NCBI GenBank assembly: GCA_020635725.1
Contig: JACJZF010000009.1
Span: forward strand, 24,639-88,638
Origin: Flavobacteriales bacterium
Lineage (GTDB): Bacteria; Bacteroidota; Bacteroidia; Flavobacteriales_F; PHOS-HE28
Length of the DNA: 64,000 nucleotides
Direction: 5' to 3'
A model generated the notes under the pieces. That model ran no database searches. It was given only the letters and a program-made list of their open reading frames with translations, and was not told where the DNA came from. Below are positions 19,805-28,591 of the stretch, in pieces (position 1 is the stretch's first letter; each line of letters starts with the position of its first letter). The translations under genes and the position numbers were made by a program.

Positions 19805-22444
19805 TCAGGCCTTCTTCAGCCGCACCTTGCCCGCGCCGGCCATGCGCTTGATCTCGTTGAGCTTCAGGAGCGCCTCCACGGGCGTGAGCGTATCGATGTC
19901 CAGATCGTTGAGCTGCTCGCGGATGCCCTCCAGCGCCGGGTCATCGAGCTGGAAGAAGCTGAGCTGCGGCTCGGGTTCCAGGCCGCGCAGGCTCGGGCTG
20001 GGCCGCTTCCCTGCATCATCGCCGAGGTCGCCGGCATGGGTGCGCTCCAAATGAGCCAGCACCTTCTTGGCGCGTGCCACCACGGCCTTGGGCATGCCGG
20101 CCATCTGCGCCACATGTATCCCGAAGCTGCGGTCGCTGCCGCCGGGCACCAGCTTGCGCAGGAAGAGCACGCGGCCATCCACCTCGCGCACGGCCACGTT
20201 GGCGTTGCGGATGCGCGGGAAGCTCCCGGCCATCTCGTTCAGCTCATGGTAATGCGTGGCGAAGAGCGTCTTGGGCCGTGTGGGGTGCTCGTGCAGGTAT
20301 TCCGCGATGGCCCAGGCGATGGAGATGCCGTCGTAGGTGCTGGTCCCCCGTCCGATCTCGTCGAGCAGCACCAGGCTGCGGTCGGTGAGGTTGTTGAGGA
20401 TGCTCGCCGATTCGTTCATCTCCACCATGAAGGTGCTCTCGCCGGTGCTCAGGTTGTCGCTGGCGCCCACCCGGGTGAAGATGCGGTCCACGATCCCGAT
20501 GCGCGCCTTGCGGGCCGGCACGCAGCTGCCCACCTGTGCCATCAGCGCGATGAGCGCGGTCTGCCGCAGCAGCGCCGATTTACCGCTCATGTTCGGGCCG
20601 GTGATGATCACGATCTGCCGGTCATCGGGGTCCAGGAACACATCGTTCGCCACGTAAGCGTCGCCGGTGGCAAGCTGTTGCTCGATGACCGGATGCCGCC
20701 CGTCCTGGATCTCCAGCACGCGCTCCGCCAGCAGCGCCGGTCGGCAGTAATCGAGCGCGGCGGCGTTCAGGGCGAAGGCCCGCAGCACATCGATGGCCGC
20801 GACGGCCTGGGCGCACCGTTGCACCGCGCCCACCTGCTGCACCACCAGCTGCACCAGGGCCGAGTAGTGCTCCTGCTCGAGGGCGAGGATGCGCTCCTCG
20901 GCACCGAGGATGCGTTCCTCCAGGGTCTTGAGCTCATCGGTGATGTAGCGCTCGGCGCCCACGAGGGTCTGCTTCCGCACCCAGTCTTCGGGCACCTTGT
21001 CCTTGTGGGTGTTGCGCACCTCGAGGTAATAGCCGAAGACGTTGTTGTAGCCCACCTTCAGTGACCCGATGCCGGTGCGTTCCCCTTCGCGCCGCTGCAC
21101 CTCGAGCAGGAGCTCTTTGGCATGCGTGGTCACGTGGCGCAGTTCATCCACTTCGGCGCTCACGCCGCTGCGGATCACCCCGCCTTTGAGCAGGGTCGCC
21201 GGGGTCTCCGGCTCGATGGTGGCGCGCACGGCGGCGGCCAGGTCCAGCGGGGCCGCGATCGCGGAAGCCGAGCGCGTCAGGGCCTCGTTCCCGGCGGCCA
21301 GCAGCGCGCGTGCCCGGTCAGCGGCCTCCAGCGCCTCGGCCAGCTGGAGCAGCTCGCGCGGCCCGATGCGTGCCGCCGCCGCTTTCCCGGCGAGGCGCTC
21401 CAGGTCGCTGATGCGCGCGAGCTCATCGCGCAGAGACGCGCTGAGCGCGGGTGCGTTCCGCAGCGCCTCCACACGGTCGAGCCGCTCGTTGATGGCCGCC
21501 GCATCGAGCAGGGGGAAGAGCAGCCAGCGCCGCAACAGGCGTGATCCCATTGCCGTCACGCAGCGGTCCATGCTCTCCAGCAGGGTGCGCGCGCCCTCGT
21601 TCACGGGTGTCACCAATTCCAGGTTGCGTACGGTGAAGCGGTCCAGCCCGACATGATCGGAAGGACGCAGACGGCCCACCGCGGTGATGTGCGCGATGCG
21701 GTCGTGGCGGGTCTCGCCCAGGTAGTGCAGCACGGCACCGGCCGCGCGCTGGCCCCAGCGCAGGTCGTGTATGCCGAAGCCCTTCAGGGAGCTCGTGCCG
21801 AATTGCTGGAGCAGGCGCTCCTGCGCGAATTCATCGGCAAAGGCCCAATCGTCCAAGGCATGGCTGTGCAGGCGGCCGGTCATGGCGCCGATGAAGGCAT
21901 CCGAGGAGCCCTTCGGGAAGAGGAGCTCGCGCGGTCCGTGTCCCTCCAGGAGCTTCGCCGCGGCCTCCGCCTCTTCCTCGGCCACATGGAACTCGCCCGT
22001 GGTGACGTCGAGGAAGGCGATGCCGTAGCGCCCTTGCCCACCGCAGACCGCGGCCAGCCAATGGTTGTCGCGGCGGTCCACCACGTGGTCGTTGAAGGAC
22101 ACGCCCGGTGTCACCACCTCGGTGACGCCGCGCTGCACGATGGTCTTGGCCAGCTTGGGGTCCTCCAGCTGGTCGCAGATCGCTACCCGGAATCCGGCGC
22201 GCACCAGCTTCGGCAGGTAGGTCTCCACGCTGTGGTGCGGGAAGCCCGCGAGCTCCATCTCCTGGTTGCCGCCGTTGTTGCGCTTGGTGAGGGTGATGCC
22301 CAGCACGCGTGCCGCCGTCACGGCATCGCTGCCGAAGGTCTCGTAGAAGTCGCCCACGCGGAAGAGCAGGATCGCATCGGGGTACTTCGCCTTGATCGAC
22401 GCGTACTGCCGCATCAATGGGGTCTCGCTGCTCGCCTTGCTCAT
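19805..22444 (-). CDS. mutS: DNA mismatch repair protein MutS
   Basis: MSKASSETPLMRQYASIKAKYPDAILLFRVGDFYETFGSDA... and Walker A ITGPNMSGKS. Start taken at ATG 22442-22444. Confidence 0.95.
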   Translation of the reverse strand: MSKASSETPLMRQYASIKAKYPDAILLFRVGDFYETFGSDAVTAARVLGITLTKRNNGGNQEMELAGFPHHSVETYLPKLVRAGFRVAICDQLEDPKLAKTIVQRGVTEVVTPGVSFNDHVVDRRDNHWLAAVCGGQGRYGIAFLDVTTGEFHVAEEEAEAAAKLLEGHGPRELLFPKGSSDAFIGAMTGRLHSHALDDWAFADEFAQERLLQQFGTSSLKGFGIHDLRWGQRAAGAVLHYLGETRHDRIAHITAVGRLRPSDHVGLDRFTVRNLELVTPVNEGARTLLESMDRCVTAMGSRLLRRWLLFPLLDAAAINERLDRVEALRNAPALSASLRDELARISDLERLAGKAAAARIGPRELLQLAEALEAADRARALLAAGNEALTRSASAIAAPLDLAAAVRATIEPETPATLLKGGVIRSGVSAEVDELRHVTTHAKELLLEVQRREGERTGIGSLKVGYNNVFGYYLEVRNTHKDKVPEDWVRKQTLVGAERYITDELKTLEERILGAEERILALEQEHYSALVQLVVQQVGAVQRCAQAVAAIDVLRAFALNAAALDYCRPALLAERVLEIQDGRHPVIEQQLATGDAYVANDVFLDPDDRQIVIITGPNMSGKSALLRQTALIALMAQVGSCVPARKARIGIVDRIFTRVGASDNLSTGESTFMVEMNESASILNNLTDRSLVLLDEIGRGTSTYDGISIAWAIAEYLHEHPTRPKTLFATHYHELNEMAGSFPRIRNANVAVREVDGRVLFLRKLVPGGSDRSFGIHVAQMAGMPKAVVARAKKVLAHLERTHAGDLGDDAGKRPSPSLRGLEPEPQLSFFQLDDPALEGIREQLNDLDIDTLTPVEALLKLNEIKRMAGAGKVRLKKA

Positions 22445-22524
22445 CCGGAGGCCTTTCCTGGCCAATTTAGCCGCGAAAAATACGGGCGGTCCTTCGGGCC
22501 CTGCCCCTCAAGTTGTCCACAACC

Positions 22525-23058
22525 ATGCCCCTCGGCGACCGCAAGCTCACCATGGATGAACTCGGGCGCGTGGTCCCTTCGGCCTACAGCGCCAGCCTGC
22601 GCCACCGCGTGACGGTGCTGCTCGATGATGTGCGCAGCCGGCACAATGTCGGTTCCGTGTTCCGCACGGCCGATGCCTTCGGGGTCGAGCGTATCCTGCT
22701 GTGCGGCTTCACGCCTTGTCCGCCGCACCGCGAGATCGAGAAGACCGCCCTGGGTGCCACGCTCTCGGTGCCCTGGAATCATGAACCGCAGGCTCTGATG
22801 GCCGTACGTCGCCTGCAGGCCGAGGGCTACCGTGTGGTGGCCGTGGAGCAGACCGCAGGGGCCATCGCGCTGGCTGATTTCCCGTGGGATCAGCACCAGC
22901 CCATCGCGCTGGTGCTGGGCAATGAGCTGAACGGCGTCTCAGAGCCCGTGGTCGCCGCCTGCGATGCCGCGCTGGTCATCCCCCAGCGCGGCACCAAGCA
23001 CTCCCTGAACGTATCGGTGTGCGCCGGGGTGGTGCTGTACGCGCTCACGGGCAGGTAG
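22525..23058 (+). CDS. SpoU/TrmH-family RNA 2'-O-methyltransferase
   Basis: VGSVFRTADAFGVERILLCG...LVLGNELNGVS...ALVIPQRGTKHSLNVSVCAGVVLYAL carries the SPOUT motifs. Confidence 0.8.
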   Translation: MPLGDRKLTMDELGRVVPSAYSASLRHRVTVLLDDVRSRHNVGSVFRTADAFGVERILLCGFTPCPPHREIEKTALGATLSVPWNHEPQALMAVRRLQAEGYRVVAVEQTAGAIALADFPWDQHQPIALVLGNELNGVSEPVVAACDAALVIPQRGTKHSLNVSVCAGVVLYALTGR

Positions 23059-23106
23059 GCAACCCTTCCGGCGCTTGCCGGTCTTCTACCATGGAACCGC
23101 CGCGAC

Positions 23107-23139
23107 TTTGGCCCGTACAAACGCGGGCGTCTATATTTG
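23107..23139 (+). promoter_or_regulatory. Bacteroidota-type promoter candidate: -33 TTTG, 21-nt spacer, -7 TATATTTG
   Basis: tttg at 23107-23110 and tatatttg at 23132-23139, 18 nt upstream of ATG 23158. Matches the TTTG / TAnnTTTG consensus described for the Bacteroidota primary sigma factor. Confidence 0.4.
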
Positions 23140-23157
23140 GCTGCCCCTGAGCACCGC

Positions 23158-24135
23158 ATGCAGAAACACGTACACCGTCGCCTCCTACTGTCCTTGCTGC
23201 TCAGCGCCTCGGTGCTTGGGCCGGCATTCGCGCAGTATTTCCGGCAATCGAGCTACTGGAAGACGCATCGGCAGGAGCTGGAGTTCGGCTTGGGGATAAG
23301 CAACTTCCTGGGCGAGCTCGGCGGCCGCAACCAGATCGGATCCCCCTTCGTGTGGGATCTGGAGTTCAGCCAGACCAGGCCCGCGGCCCACGTGGCGTTC
23401 CGCTATTACCTGGCTCGGAAGCAGGCCGTACGGATGCGGCTCACCTACGGGGTGCTGGCCGGCAATGACAACCTCACCACCGAGCCGTACCGGATGACCC
23501 GGAACCTCAACTTCAAGTCCGACGTGTTCGAGTTATCGATGGTCTATGAGCTGCACCTCTACCGCGAGGAGCTCGGCCACCAATTCGACCTGCGTGGCGT
23601 GAAGGGAGAGAAGAGCAGCCGGGTGGGCCTGTACCTCTTCGCCGGCGTGGGCGGCTTCTACTTCGACCCGCGCGCCCAGTTCAACAACCAATGGGTGCGC
23701 CTTCAGCCTTTAGGCACCGAAGGCCAAGGGCTGCCTGGTGGGCCGGAGGAGTACAAGACCATTCAGGTATGCATCCCCATGGGCGTGGGCCTGCGCAAGG
23801 CCTTCAGCAAGCAATGGAGCGGTGGCATCGAGCTGCAGTACACCAAGACCTTCACCGATTACATCGATGACGTGAGCGGCGACTACTTCGACAAGGAGCT
23901 CATTCGCGCGGTGAACGGTGATGAGGCCGCATATCTCTCCGACCCCAGCCTCGACAGCGGTCCGCTGGTTGAGGCTGGCATCGAATCAACGGCCACGGGC
24001 ATGCAGCGCGGCGACCCCACCGACCTCGACGCGTACATCTTCCTGAAGTTCACCGCGCAGTACAAGCTCTACAAGTACAAGAGCGGATCGAAGAAATACC
24101 GCTCACGCATCCGCCGTCAGAAGATCGTCTTCTAA
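23158..24135 (+). CDS. putative outer-membrane beta-barrel protein
   Basis: MQKHVHRRLLLSLLLSASVLGPAFAQ is a signal peptide. It is followed by alternating hydrophobic beta-strand-like segments (RMRLTYGVLAG, VFELSMVYELHLY, VGLYLFAGVGGFYF, GGIELQYTKTF) and a C-terminal aromatic-rich end. Confidence 0.5.
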   Translation: MQKHVHRRLLLSLLLSASVLGPAFAQYFRQSSYWKTHRQELEFGLGISNFLGELGGRNQIGSPFVWDLEFSQTRPAAHVAFRYYLARKQAVRMRLTYGVLAGNDNLTTEPYRMTRNLNFKSDVFELSMVYELHLYREELGHQFDLRGVKGEKSSRVGLYLFAGVGGFYFDPRAQFNNQWVRLQPLGTEGQGLPGGPEEYKTIQVCIPMGVGLRKAFSKQWSGGIELQYTKTFTDYIDDVSGDYFDKELIRAVNGDEAAYLSDPSLDSGPLVEAGIESTATGMQRGDPTDLDAYIFLKFTAQYKLYKYKSGSKKYRSRIRRQKIVF

Positions 24136-24154
24136 CGATATCGATCTCGAGCAT

Positions 24155-24188
24155 GGAACGCCTCCCCACGGAGGCGTTCCGCATTTGG
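24155..24188 (+). terminator. intrinsic terminator-like hairpin after the OMP gene
   Basis: ggaacgcctcc-ccac-ggaggcgttcc is a perfect 11-bp stem, followed by gcatttgg. Confidence 0.5.
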
Positions 24189-24260
24189 AACCGGTCTCGG
24201 ATGAGGTACGGCCGAGCGCGCCGCGCATGTGAATCGCTGCGGCCTCTAGCTTCGCCCGCG

Positions 24261-25172
24261 ATGCGAATCCTGATCACCGGCAGCAACGGACTGCTCGGAC
24301 AGAAGCTGGTCGATGCCCTGCGAGACGATGAGGAGGTGGAGCTAGTCGCCACCTCACGCGGCGATGACCGTTCCCCGGCCCCCTTGCTCGACCGCTACCA
24401 TGCGCTGGATATCACCCAGTGGGTCGAGGTCGACCGTGTGCTCGACGCGGAGCGACCGGATTGCGTGATCCACACGGCGGCCATGACCAATGTCGATGCC
24501 TGCGAGCAGGATTCCGCTGACTGCCGCCTTCAGAACGTGACCGCCACGGAGCACCTGGCGCGGGCCTGCAAGCGCATCGGCGCGCATCTGGTCCTGCTCA
24601 GCACCGATTTCATCTTCGATGGCCTGGCCGGGCCGTATGCGGAAGAGGACGAAGCGGCTCCCTTGAGCATCTATGGGCAGAGCAAGCTCGACGCGGAGCG
24701 CGCGGTGATGAGCGCCGGGCTCGAGCGCTGGTCCATCGCGCGCACCATCATCGTGTACGGTGTGGCGCCCGGACTGAGCCGCGGCAACGTGGTGCTCTGG
24801 GCGAAGGGCGCATTGGAGAAGGGGCAGCCGATCAAGGTGGTGGATGACCAGTGGCGCATGCCCACGCTCGCCGAGGACCTCGCCGATGGCTGCATCCGCA
24901 TCGCGAAGCGCCAGGCCACCGGCATCTATCATCTCTGCGGCCCCGATGGCATGAGCATCCTCGAGCTCGTCGAACGCGTCGCGGCCTACTTCCGGCTGGA
25001 TGCCTCGATCGTGACCCCGGTGAAGAGCGATACCCTGGGGCAGCCGGCGAAGCGACCCCCTCGCACCGGATTCGTCATCGACAAGGCCCGCCGGGAACTG
25101 GGCTATGCGCCGCGTGGTTTCGAGGAAGGACTGGCGGTGGTCGCGCTCCAGCTTCGGGCCTTGGGCGGCTGA
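24261..25172 (+). CDS. RmlD-like dTDP-4-dehydrorhamnose reductase (extended SDR)
   Basis: MRILITGSNGLLGQKL Rossmann motif at the N-terminus, YGQSK catalytic YxxxK, and RmlD-like C-terminal substrate-binding region. Supplied ORF starts at 24153, but the Rossmann motif places the start at ATG 24261. Confidence 0.7.
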   Translation: MRILITGSNGLLGQKLVDALRDDEEVELVATSRGDDRSPAPLLDRYHALDITQWVEVDRVLDAERPDCVIHTAAMTNVDACEQDSADCRLQNVTATEHLARACKRIGAHLVLLSTDFIFDGLAGPYAEEDEAAPLSIYGQSKLDAERAVMSAGLERWSIARTIIVYGVAPGLSRGNVVLWAKGALEKGQPIKVVDDQWRMPTLAEDLADGCIRIAKRQATGIYHLCGPDGMSILELVERVAAYFRLDASIVTPVKSDTLGQPAKRPPRTGFVIDKARRELGYAPRGFEEGLAVVALQLRALGG

Positions 25173-25224
25173 TCCGAGGCGCTTCGCGGCGGGCGGCTAT
25201 ATTGGCCGTTCACAATCCTGCAGC

Positions 25225-26898
25225 ATGGGTATCGCACAGAAGGAATCGTGGGGCACACGGGTCGGGTTGATCCTGGCGATGGCGGGCAACGCCGTGGGCC
25301 TCGGCAACTTCCTCCGCTTCCCCGTGCAGGCGGTGAACAACGGGGGCGGGGCCTTCATCATCCCCTACCTCGTCTGCTTCCTGCTCATGGGCATCCCCCT
25401 GCTCTGGATCGAGTGGAGCATGGGCCGCTTCGGCGGCAAGCGTGGCAACCACAGCACGCCCTACATCCTCGACACCATGCACCGGAGCAACTTCTGGAAG
25501 TACTTCGGCGTGTTCGGCATCTTCACCAATATCGGCGTGGCGGCGTACTACTGCTACATCGAGAGCTGGACCATGAGCTACGTGTTCCATAGCGTGGCCG
25601 GTACCTTCCGGGGCCTCACGCAGGGCGAGGTGGCCGACTTCTTCGTGAAGTACGTGGACATCGGAAGCAGCACCACGGGCATCCCCTTCGAGGCGGTGGT
25701 CTTCTACATCCTCTGCCTCGCGCTGAACACCTTCATCCTCTCACGCGGCCTGAAGGGTGTGGAGCGCGCGGCCAAGGTGGGCATGCCCTTGCTGATCCTC
25801 TTCGGCGTGTTCCTCGCGGTGCGCGGCCTCACGCTCGGCACCTCGGGCGCCAGCGCGGAGGTGCCCGGCGCCAGCGCGTGGGATGGCCTCAACTTCCTGT
25901 GGACCCCGCAGTTCTCCTCGCTCAGCGACCCGCGCGTGTGGTTCGCCGCGGCGGGCCAGATCTTCTTCACCCTGAGCGTGGGCATGGGCACCATCCACTG
26001 CTACGCCGCGTACGTGCGCAGCAAGGACGATATCGCGCTCAACGCGGTGAGCGCCGGTTTCATGAACGAGTTCGTGGAGGTGGTGCTCGGCAGCTCCATC
26101 GTCATCCCCATCGCCGCCGGTTACCTCGGCCTCGATTGGGTGAAGGAGAACGCCGGCTTCGGCATGGCCTTCCAGACCATGCCCTTCCTCTTCGAGAAAT
26201 GGGGGCCCTTGCTGGCCACCTTCGCCGGTGTCATGTGGTTCGGTCTGCTCTTCTTCGCGGGCATCACCAGCAGCCTGGCCATGGGCACGCCGTGGATGGG
26301 ATTCATGCGCGATGAGTTCGGCTGGAGCAGGAACAAAGGCGCGTTGAGCTTCGGGCTCTTCGTGCTCGTGCTGGGGCTGCCCACGGTGCTCTTCTTCCAG
26401 CAAGGCGTGTTCGATGAGTACGATTACTGGGCGGGCACGGTGAGCCTCGTGGTCTTCGCCATGGCCGAGGTGATCCTCTTCTCCTGGATCTTCGGCATGG
26501 ACAAGGGCTGGCGCGAGATCAACGACGGCGCCGACCTCCGCGTGCCGCGCATCTACCGCTTCATCATCCGCTACATCACCCCGGTCATGCTCATCCTGGT
26601 CTTCCTGGGATCGCTGCTCACGCCCGAGGGCAACAACTGGTCCGCCGCCTTCGCCTCGCTCTTCAGCGGCGAGGGTTGGCCGCTGGATAACGGTTCCATC
26701 GTGCGCCAGATCGCCAACACCGGCCTGCACGAGCGCATCGCCCAGGCCACCGAGGCCGCCGACATCAAGGCTCTGAAGGACCGGCTCTTCTACACCAACC
26801 TCGCCCGCACGCTGCTCACGCTCTCCTTCCTTTTCATCGCCGTGCTGGTGTACCTCTCCGGGGTGCGCCGGCTCAAGGCCCAAAGCAAGCCCGCATGA
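25225..26898 (+). CDS. NSS (SNF) family sodium-dependent transporter
   Basis: MGIAQKESWGTRVGLILAMAGNAVGLGNFLRFP is the hallmark NSS N-terminus. About 12 TM segments. Confidence 0.85.
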   Translation: MGIAQKESWGTRVGLILAMAGNAVGLGNFLRFPVQAVNNGGGAFIIPYLVCFLLMGIPLLWIEWSMGRFGGKRGNHSTPYILDTMHRSNFWKYFGVFGIFTNIGVAAYYCYIESWTMSYVFHSVAGTFRGLTQGEVADFFVKYVDIGSSTTGIPFEAVVFYILCLALNTFILSRGLKGVERAAKVGMPLLILFGVFLAVRGLTLGTSGASAEVPGASAWDGLNFLWTPQFSSLSDPRVWFAAAGQIFFTLSVGMGTIHCYAAYVRSKDDIALNAVSAGFMNEFVEVVLGSSIVIPIAAGYLGLDWVKENAGFGMAFQTMPFLFEKWGPLLATFAGVMWFGLLFFAGITSSLAMGTPWMGFMRDEFGWSRNKGALSFGLFVLVLGLPTVLFFQQGVFDEYDYWAGTVSLVVFAMAEVILFSWIFGMDKGWREINDGADLRVPRIYRFIIRYITPVMLILVFLGSLLTPEGNNWSAAFASLFSGEGWPLDNGSIVRQIANTGLHERIAQATEAADIKALKDRLFYTNLARTLLTLSFLFIAVLVYLSGVRRLKAQSKPA

Positions 26899-27038
26899 AC
26901 GGTACCGCGCTCACACTGATGGTGGTCGTGCAGGCCACGGTGCTCTGCATCACCGGCTACTTCTTCTACCGCGTGCTCACCACGCCCCCCAAGGCCGAGC
27001 CCGACAGCTTCTCCGAGAACGACGAGCAGCAGCGCTGA
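26895..27038 (+). CDS. 47-aa single-TM protein, candidate small subunit of the NSS transporter (MetS-like)
   Basis: Not in the supplied ORF track (<60 aa). ATG 26895 overlaps the transporter stop (ATGA). Translation is MNGTALTLMVVVQATVLCITGYFFYRVLTTPPKAEPDSFSENDEQQR, ending at TGA 27036-27038. One hydrophobic helix plus an acidic tail. Confidence 0.45.
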   Translation: MNGTALTLMVVVQATVLCITGYFFYRVLTTPPKAEPDSFSENDEQQR

Positions 27039-27046
27039 CCTTCCCG

Positions 27047-28057
27047 ATGGCCCATTCGCCTGACCGCTCGCGCGAGCACAGGGAGTTCACCAGCCGTCCG
27101 TTCACCGAGCAGCTCAAGGACCTCTTCAGCCTGCATTCCGGGGAACGCCGCGGCTCCATCGTCATGATGGCGATCCTGCTGCTGCTCTTCGGCTACTTCG
27201 CCTACAGCCAGTGGTTCGCCGCACCGGCAGCCCCCAACATGGAACCCTTGCGGGCCGAGATGGAGGCGTGGCTGGCAGCGCGTGACAGCACGAGGGCTGA
27301 ACCGGAGAAGAAGGCCGAGCTCTTCCGTTTCGACCCCAATGCGATCGATCGCGTGGATTGGCTCCGCTTGGGATTGAGCGAGCGTCAGGTACAAGGCATC
27401 GAGCGTTGGCAGGCCAAGGGCGGCCGCTTCCGCGTGAAGGCGGATCTGGGGCGCATGTATAGCCTGAAGCCCGATCAGGTGGAGCGCTTGTTGCCCTACG
27501 TGGATCTGCCGGACAGCCTGCCCAAGCGAGGTCTGGCGATGGACAGGCAGGCGGATGACGCTCCGCACGAAGATGTCCACGCCCATTGGAACGGGGAAGA
27601 GGAGGTTGTTGCAAGCGCTTCCAAGGAGAAGGGAAGAAGTTCCGCAATGCGGCGCCAGGCCGAGGTGAACAGCGCGGACACCACGGAGCTAGTCGCCTTG
27701 CCCGGCATCGGCCCGGCCTTCGCGCGGGGCATCGTCAAGTACCGGGAGCGCCTCGGCGGATACCATTCACTCGATCAGCTCGCGGAGGTGTATGTGCTCC
27801 AGGACAAGCCCGATGCGCTCGCCCGGATGCGCGAGCTGCTGGTGGTGGACACCCTGCTGATCCGCCGCATCCCGCTGAACACCTGCACCGTGGAGGAGCT
27901 CGCCGCGCATCCATACATCCGCTGGAAGCTGGCCAAGCCCATCATCGCGTATCGCCAGCAGCACGGTCCCTTCCGCGAGGTGGCCGGCATCCGCGCCCTC
28001 CCCCTGATCGACGAGGGGCTGTACCGTAAACTTGCGCCCTACCTCAGCGTGGAGTGA
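27047..28057 (+). CDS. ComEA-like helix-hairpin-helix DNA-binding protein
   Basis: N-terminal TM segment (IVMMAILLLLFGYFAYSQWF). Two HhH motifs (LVALPGIGPAFARGIVKYRERLGGYHSLDQL and ELAAHPYIRWKLAKPIIAYRQQHGPFREVAGI). Confidence 0.65.
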   Translation: MAHSPDRSREHREFTSRPFTEQLKDLFSLHSGERRGSIVMMAILLLLFGYFAYSQWFAAPAAPNMEPLRAEMEAWLAARDSTRAEPEKKAELFRFDPNAIDRVDWLRLGLSERQVQGIERWQAKGGRFRVKADLGRMYSLKPDQVERLLPYVDLPDSLPKRGLAMDRQADDAPHEDVHAHWNGEEEVVASASKEKGRSSAMRRQAEVNSADTTELVALPGIGPAFARGIVKYRERLGGYHSLDQLAEVYVLQDKPDALARMRELLVVDTLLIRRIPLNTCTVEELAAHPYIRWKLAKPIIAYRQQHGPFREVAGIRALPLIDEGLYRKLAPYLSVE

Positions 28058-28587
28058 GCGCCCTGCAGCAACGCCTCGAAGCCGCCATCCGGGCGGTCCC
28101 CGATTTCCCGAAGCCGGGCATCCTCTTCCGCGACATCACCCCCGTGCTCGAGGACCCGCTCCTCTGCCGCGCCATCACCGAGGGCTTCCGCGAGCGCCTG
28201 CAGGGCACGCCCATCGATGCCATCGCGGGCATCGAGAGCCGCGGCTTCCTCTTCGGCATGCCGCTGGCGCTGGCCCTGGGCGTTCCTTTCCTCACCGTGC
28301 GCAAGAAGGGCAAGCTCCCCTGGCGCACCGTGAGCTACAAGTACGACCTCGAGTACGGCAGCGCCGAAGTGGAGATGCACGTGGATAGCGTGCGCCCCGG
28401 CATGCGCGTGCTCGTGCACGATGACCTGCTGGCCACCGGAGGCACCGCGGCCGCGGCCGCCGAACTCGTGCGCATGCAGGGCGGCGAGGTGGCCGGTTTC
28501 TCCTTCCTCATCGAGCTCGCCTTCCTCGAAGGGCTGCGCAAGCTCCAACCCTACAACGCCAAGGTGATCGCCTTGCAGACCTATTGA
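28054..28587 (+). CDS. apt: adenine phosphoribosyltransferase
   Basis: PDFPKPGILFRDITPVL...VLVHDDLLATGGTAAAAAELV is the PRTase motif. GTG start overlaps the previous stop. Confidence 0.9.
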   Translation: MSALQQRLEAAIRAVPDFPKPGILFRDITPVLEDPLLCRAITEGFRERLQGTPIDAIAGIESRGFLFGMPLALALGVPFLTVRKKGKLPWRTVSYKYDLEYGSAEVEMHVDSVRPGMRVLVHDDLLATGGTAAAAAELVRMQGGEVAGFSFLIELAFLEGLRKLQPYNAKVIALQTY

Positions 28588-28591
28588 CCCG

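Noticed and set aside
19164-22612. Plus-strand ORFs 19164..20054, 20036..21064 and 21653..22612
   Set aside because: They lie antisense to yfhO/mutS.
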